Below, one piece after another: positions 61,883-64,000 of a stretch of DNA of 64,000 nucleotides; positions within the stretch are counted from its first letter, which is position 1; every line of letters starts with the position of its first letter. The notes below the pieces were generated by a model. It saw only the letters and a list, made by a program, of their open reading frames with translations. It was not told the origin of the DNA and searched no databases. The position numbers and the translations under genes are program-made. The stretch is from Hemiscyllium ocellatum. Its lineage: Eukaryota. Location: assembly GCF_020745735.1 (NCBI RefSeq), contig NC_083424.1:43324999-43388998 (forward strand). Reading direction: 5' to 3'.

Positions 61883-64000
61883 GATAGAGATAGAACTTAC
61901 ACTATTAGTCAGACATAATTACGAAGGACTCTCTGGAGCTATACAGAATATATCCACACCCTCGGAAGGCTAATGGGGTGGTCCCCATCTCCACCCAAAG
62001 ACTCTATGATATGAATGCAACTTAAATATTAACTCCTTCAGAACCAATAGCTTACACCACAATTTACTATTATAATGATCTCAAATATCAAGGGGCACAG
62101 CAAAGAATGAGGAAATTAGGAATGAAAAAGGAAGACGGCCAAATATTTTCGTATAGAGTCTATCAAATATACACCGTGTTTCTAGGGCCTTAGGTAACAT
62201 CAACACACAACTGGGTGCATCCTTGGAGAGAAAGATGTGAAAGCTTGATCTCTGAAAATAGATCTCTCAAAATAACACTAGGAAACAATGGGTGGAACTT
62301 TCTGTCCTCTTGTCATGCACTTGGGCCTGATGCAACCCAAATATTGTGATGTAAGATATAATTCATGTATATTTTAACACCACTTGGAATTTGGATTTTG
62401 AACTAGTGGCATGTGTGTTTTGGTCTGTGTGTAGAAGGAATTTTAATGATTAATTTGATAGAGTTCTGAAGCATTTTATTCCCCCAAATACTGTATGACA
62501 AAGGGAGTTCTTGCAGTGATCATGGGAATTTGTTTACAATGAGAAAACTTTATGAGCAAACAGAATAAACACTGATGAAGAACATTGAACTTTCATTTGG
62601 AAAGATCTGTAATTTTTTTTGGTTTGTGGTAACACGCTCTGCTTGGAAAGCCTATTGATTTCAGTGCCCAGATGTCCTGGTGCAGATTAGATGTATAAAA
62701 CAACTTCTGAAGAAAGGAGACAATTTAAAATAGGAGTTTAGTTTTGAAAGTTCCAGACCAGAAGTGTTTGGGTAGAATCATGAAGGAATGATTTGAAGCT
62801 GAGAGTCTAAGCCTAATTCTGTGAATAGTAAAGGAAGAGGCCATCTTGACTGTCAAAACTGGAATTAAAATAAACCCTTTAAATGTGTGACAAAGAAAAT
62901 AATTTTCTCTGGTATTTCACTACTGTAATGGCTTGCTGTTGGGACTGAAATATTTTTTACCGATATTTCAAAATCCTTCAAATTGCATTATATGTAAATA
63001 GTTTGGTTTATCCTACTTTGTCATCATCTACTGGTTGCCTCTATCAACCTAATTAGTTCCAACCTCAAAAGCTCTAATAGATTTATTAAATATTATTTCC
63101 CTTTTATAAATCCATGTTGGCTCTCCCCAGTCATATTATTTTCTAAGTGTCCTGTTATCTTGAACCTAATAAGAGAAATCAATATCTTTCCTACAACTGA
63201 CATCAGGCTGGGTGGTCCATGCATGCCAGTTTTTTTTAATCTCACACTTCAATAGCTGTGTCGTATTTGTAACCTGTCAATCTAGACAACTGCTCGAGAA
63301 TCTAGAAAGTTCTGGAAAATAAAGATCAATGCATTTACTGAGTCTATTTAAAGGGGTGGAGGCAATTAGGGCAGACGTTTTGTCAACTTTTAGTCACATT
63401 AAATTCTCTTATGCTAATTAATGGAACATTAATATCCTCAAGTTCTCCATTTTCATGTCTGTCCTTTCTAGAACTCAGATGATTTTTTTTTTGGTTTGGG
63501 AAGTCATCTGACTGATCTGTACACCCATCCTATGATCTTCACCAGACTAAACTAATCATTATCCCACCTCTGTGCCAGCCCATCTCAGAAAGTGGGCAGG
63601 CAGGGGGTGGAATATCAAGTCCATTCTGCGAAATGAAGCAATGCAAAGGTCTCTGACACTTGGAGTTTGAATGTGCAATCACAGGAATGATGAGGGGAGC
63701 TGGGCAGGGTACGACCCAGGCCTACCACTCTCTCTCTCTTACTGGGAGGTCCTGAGGTGTGATCTGAGAGGATGTGGGAGGTGGACTCAAGGACAAGAGG
63801 CCATCAAGGTGCCCTCTTCCTCTCACAAGTCTGTCAGGAGGCAAAGACCTTTGGGAGTGTGGAGTTGAGAAACTAGGAATCATCCAAGGACTGACACCTT
63901 TGTTAGTCACCAGCAACAGGGAAGGAGCTTTGCTTTTAGGAGTCTGCAAACATTAACAACTGCAGTGATATCCTGAGCATCTAGGGGCACTAGTCCTCAG

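Noticed and set aside
62021-62033. HNF1-like site (GTTAATATTTAAG on minus) suggesting autoregulation
   Set aside because: Such motifs are expected by chance in AT-rich DNA; no supporting evidence.

Overview
Vertebrate nuclear DNA from an elasmobranch, inferred from dense HE1-type V-SINEs and their CR1/HER1 partner LINEs (probably a carpet/bamboo shark). Two convergent genes are recognisable by eye. The Lys-rich last coding exon of CUSTOS (C12orf43) is on + at 896-1328. The last two coding exons of HNF1A are on - at 51043-51175 and 38267-38379; the ORF track misses both. This matches the human tail-to-tail C12orf43/HNF1A arrangement, with about 37 kb between the stop codons. The rest is mostly decayed transposons: about 20 HE1 SINE copies, many CR1 and L2 fragments, Tigger/pogo MITEs and older DeuSINE/AmnSINE2-like SINEs. 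The most interesting layer is at least four families of Penelope-like element (PLE) ends carrying minimal hammerhead-ribozyme motifs (CUGANGA-stem II-GAAA plus a palindromic stem III). Many are tiny 50-200 bp insertions with 10-17 bp target-site duplications (TSDs). Their 5' ends or fold-back points coincide with the ribozyme core or its predicted cleavage site. One element (35471-36014) carries two hammerheads 387 nt apart, a retrozyme-like layout. Repeat boundaries are approximate unless a TSD or splice site is quoted; no database searches were run.
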